The notes under the pieces were generated by a model. It was not told the origin of the DNA and did no database searches. It was given only the letters and a program-made list of their open reading frames with translations. A stretch of 63,698 nt of DNA, the filler included, from Octopus bimaculoides (taxonomy: Eukaryota): assembly GCF_001194135.2 (NCBI RefSeq). It is 4 parts of 4 records of this genome, joined end to end, with 100 filler letters (N's around TTAATTAATTAA, not from the genome) between each part and the next. Parts side by side here need not be neighbours in the genome. Positions count along the whole stretch, not along the records: positions 62,230 to 63,698 come from NC_068993.1; 3 more parts are not named here. One strand, 5' to 3'. Positions 62,793 through 63,698 of this stretch are shown here, piece after piece; position 1 is the first letter of the stretch; the number at the start of each line of letters is the position of its first letter. The position numbers and the translations under genes were made by a program.

Positions 62793-63295
62793 AAATGGAT
62801 ATTTTGTAATGAAACTTTCTACAGATACACTTCAGATGGTGTAGATTCCGATTATATCGGAATTTGTGCTGTAAAAATTATTTCCGAGATGGGAAGGAGG
62901 TGCTTTGGAAAATTCACATGAGTTGGCTATATTTCCTCATAACATTCGGGAAAATGGGTAATTTTTTTAATGAAATTTTCTGCATTTTTTAAATGAAATT
63001 TTCTGCAAATACTTTTCAGACATACCTACACAAATGCACCACCCCCAACACCGACTCTGTTTCCTTATGACTTCGAAAAACATGGATATCTTTTATAATG
63101 AAATGTTCTACAAATATGCTTCAAATGGTGTAGATTCCGATTATATTGGAATTTGTGGGAAAAAAAGTTTTTCCGAGTGTGAGGATAGGAGTTTCGGAAA
63201 ATTCTCGTAACTTTCCAAAAAAAAATCGATATTTTTAAATGAAATATTCTATAAATACCTTTCGGATGGTGTATATTATAATCATATCGGAATTT
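62793..63295 (+). repeat. Three diverged direct repeats carrying an internal dyad
   Basis: GATATTTT..AATGAAA..TTCTA.A.ATA..CTTC..ATGGTGTA.ATT...AT.ATAT.GGAATTT at about 62793, 63080 and 63224. Confidence 0.85.
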
Positions 63296-63534
63296 AATAT
63301 GAAAAAAAGCAAAAGAAGAAATTGATGGGTTCATAGACATACTGACACACATCACAAAATGTAACTTGGAAATTTTGGAGAACATTTTCATGCGAGTTTC
63401 AGTATGAATGTGTGCGAACGGATCGGCTTTTTCTTCATTTTCCTTTTTATCTCCATATTAAATTACACCATGATCGTAATCTGAACTAAATGAAAAGTGT
63501 TTGTGATCGGTCATCTATCTGTTGCTTGTTATAG

Positions 63535-63698
63535 TCAATAAAACTGTGGCCATACTAGAGCATCGCCTTAATGAATTTTAATCGATCGAATCGATCCCAA
63601 TACTTGTTTGTTTTTTTCTTTTCTTTTTTGAAGTCTGGTATTTATCCTGTCGGTCGGACTCGTCGAACCGTTAAGTTACGGAACGTAAATACACCAAA
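63535..63698 (-). mobile_element. SINE family A 3' tail (runs off the window)
   Basis: GGCCATACTAGAGCATCGCC..GAACCGTTAAGTTACGGAACGTAAATACACC. Confidence 0.7.

Overview
AT-rich, gap-ridden eukaryotic DNA with no confidently identifiable host gene. It looks like an intron or intergenic region of an octopus genome; this is inferred from SINE families that match my recollection of octopus repeats and from the extreme microsatellite load. Almost all long ORFs in the supplied track are artefacts of microsatellites or N-runs. Supported content: (1) about 30 copies or fragments of four tRNA-headed SINE families, labelled A, B, C and R here; (2) decayed DNA transposons (two mariner families plus a mariner MITE, a Tc1/maT-like fragment, a hAT-Tip100-like transposase, a hAT-Charlie end, a Chapaev3-like fragment); (3) LINE relics (RTE, CR1/L2-like) and three R4/Dong-type RLE LINE fragments, two of them about 99% identical and embedded in (AAT)n; (4) minimal hammerhead-ribozyme motifs of the Penelope-like type; (5) a 233-bp near-perfect foldback and a set of dyad-containing repeats; (6) a few unassigned exon-like islands. 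The best leads are the hammerheads (one canonical core, plus a two-copy family sharing a non-canonical A6U core), the use of (AAT)n as a landing pad, repeated reuse of one SINE target site, and dsRNA-forming inverted repeats. I cannot support a new multi-gene system. All family assignments come from motif recognition by eye, not database searches, and coordinates of decayed repeats are approximate.
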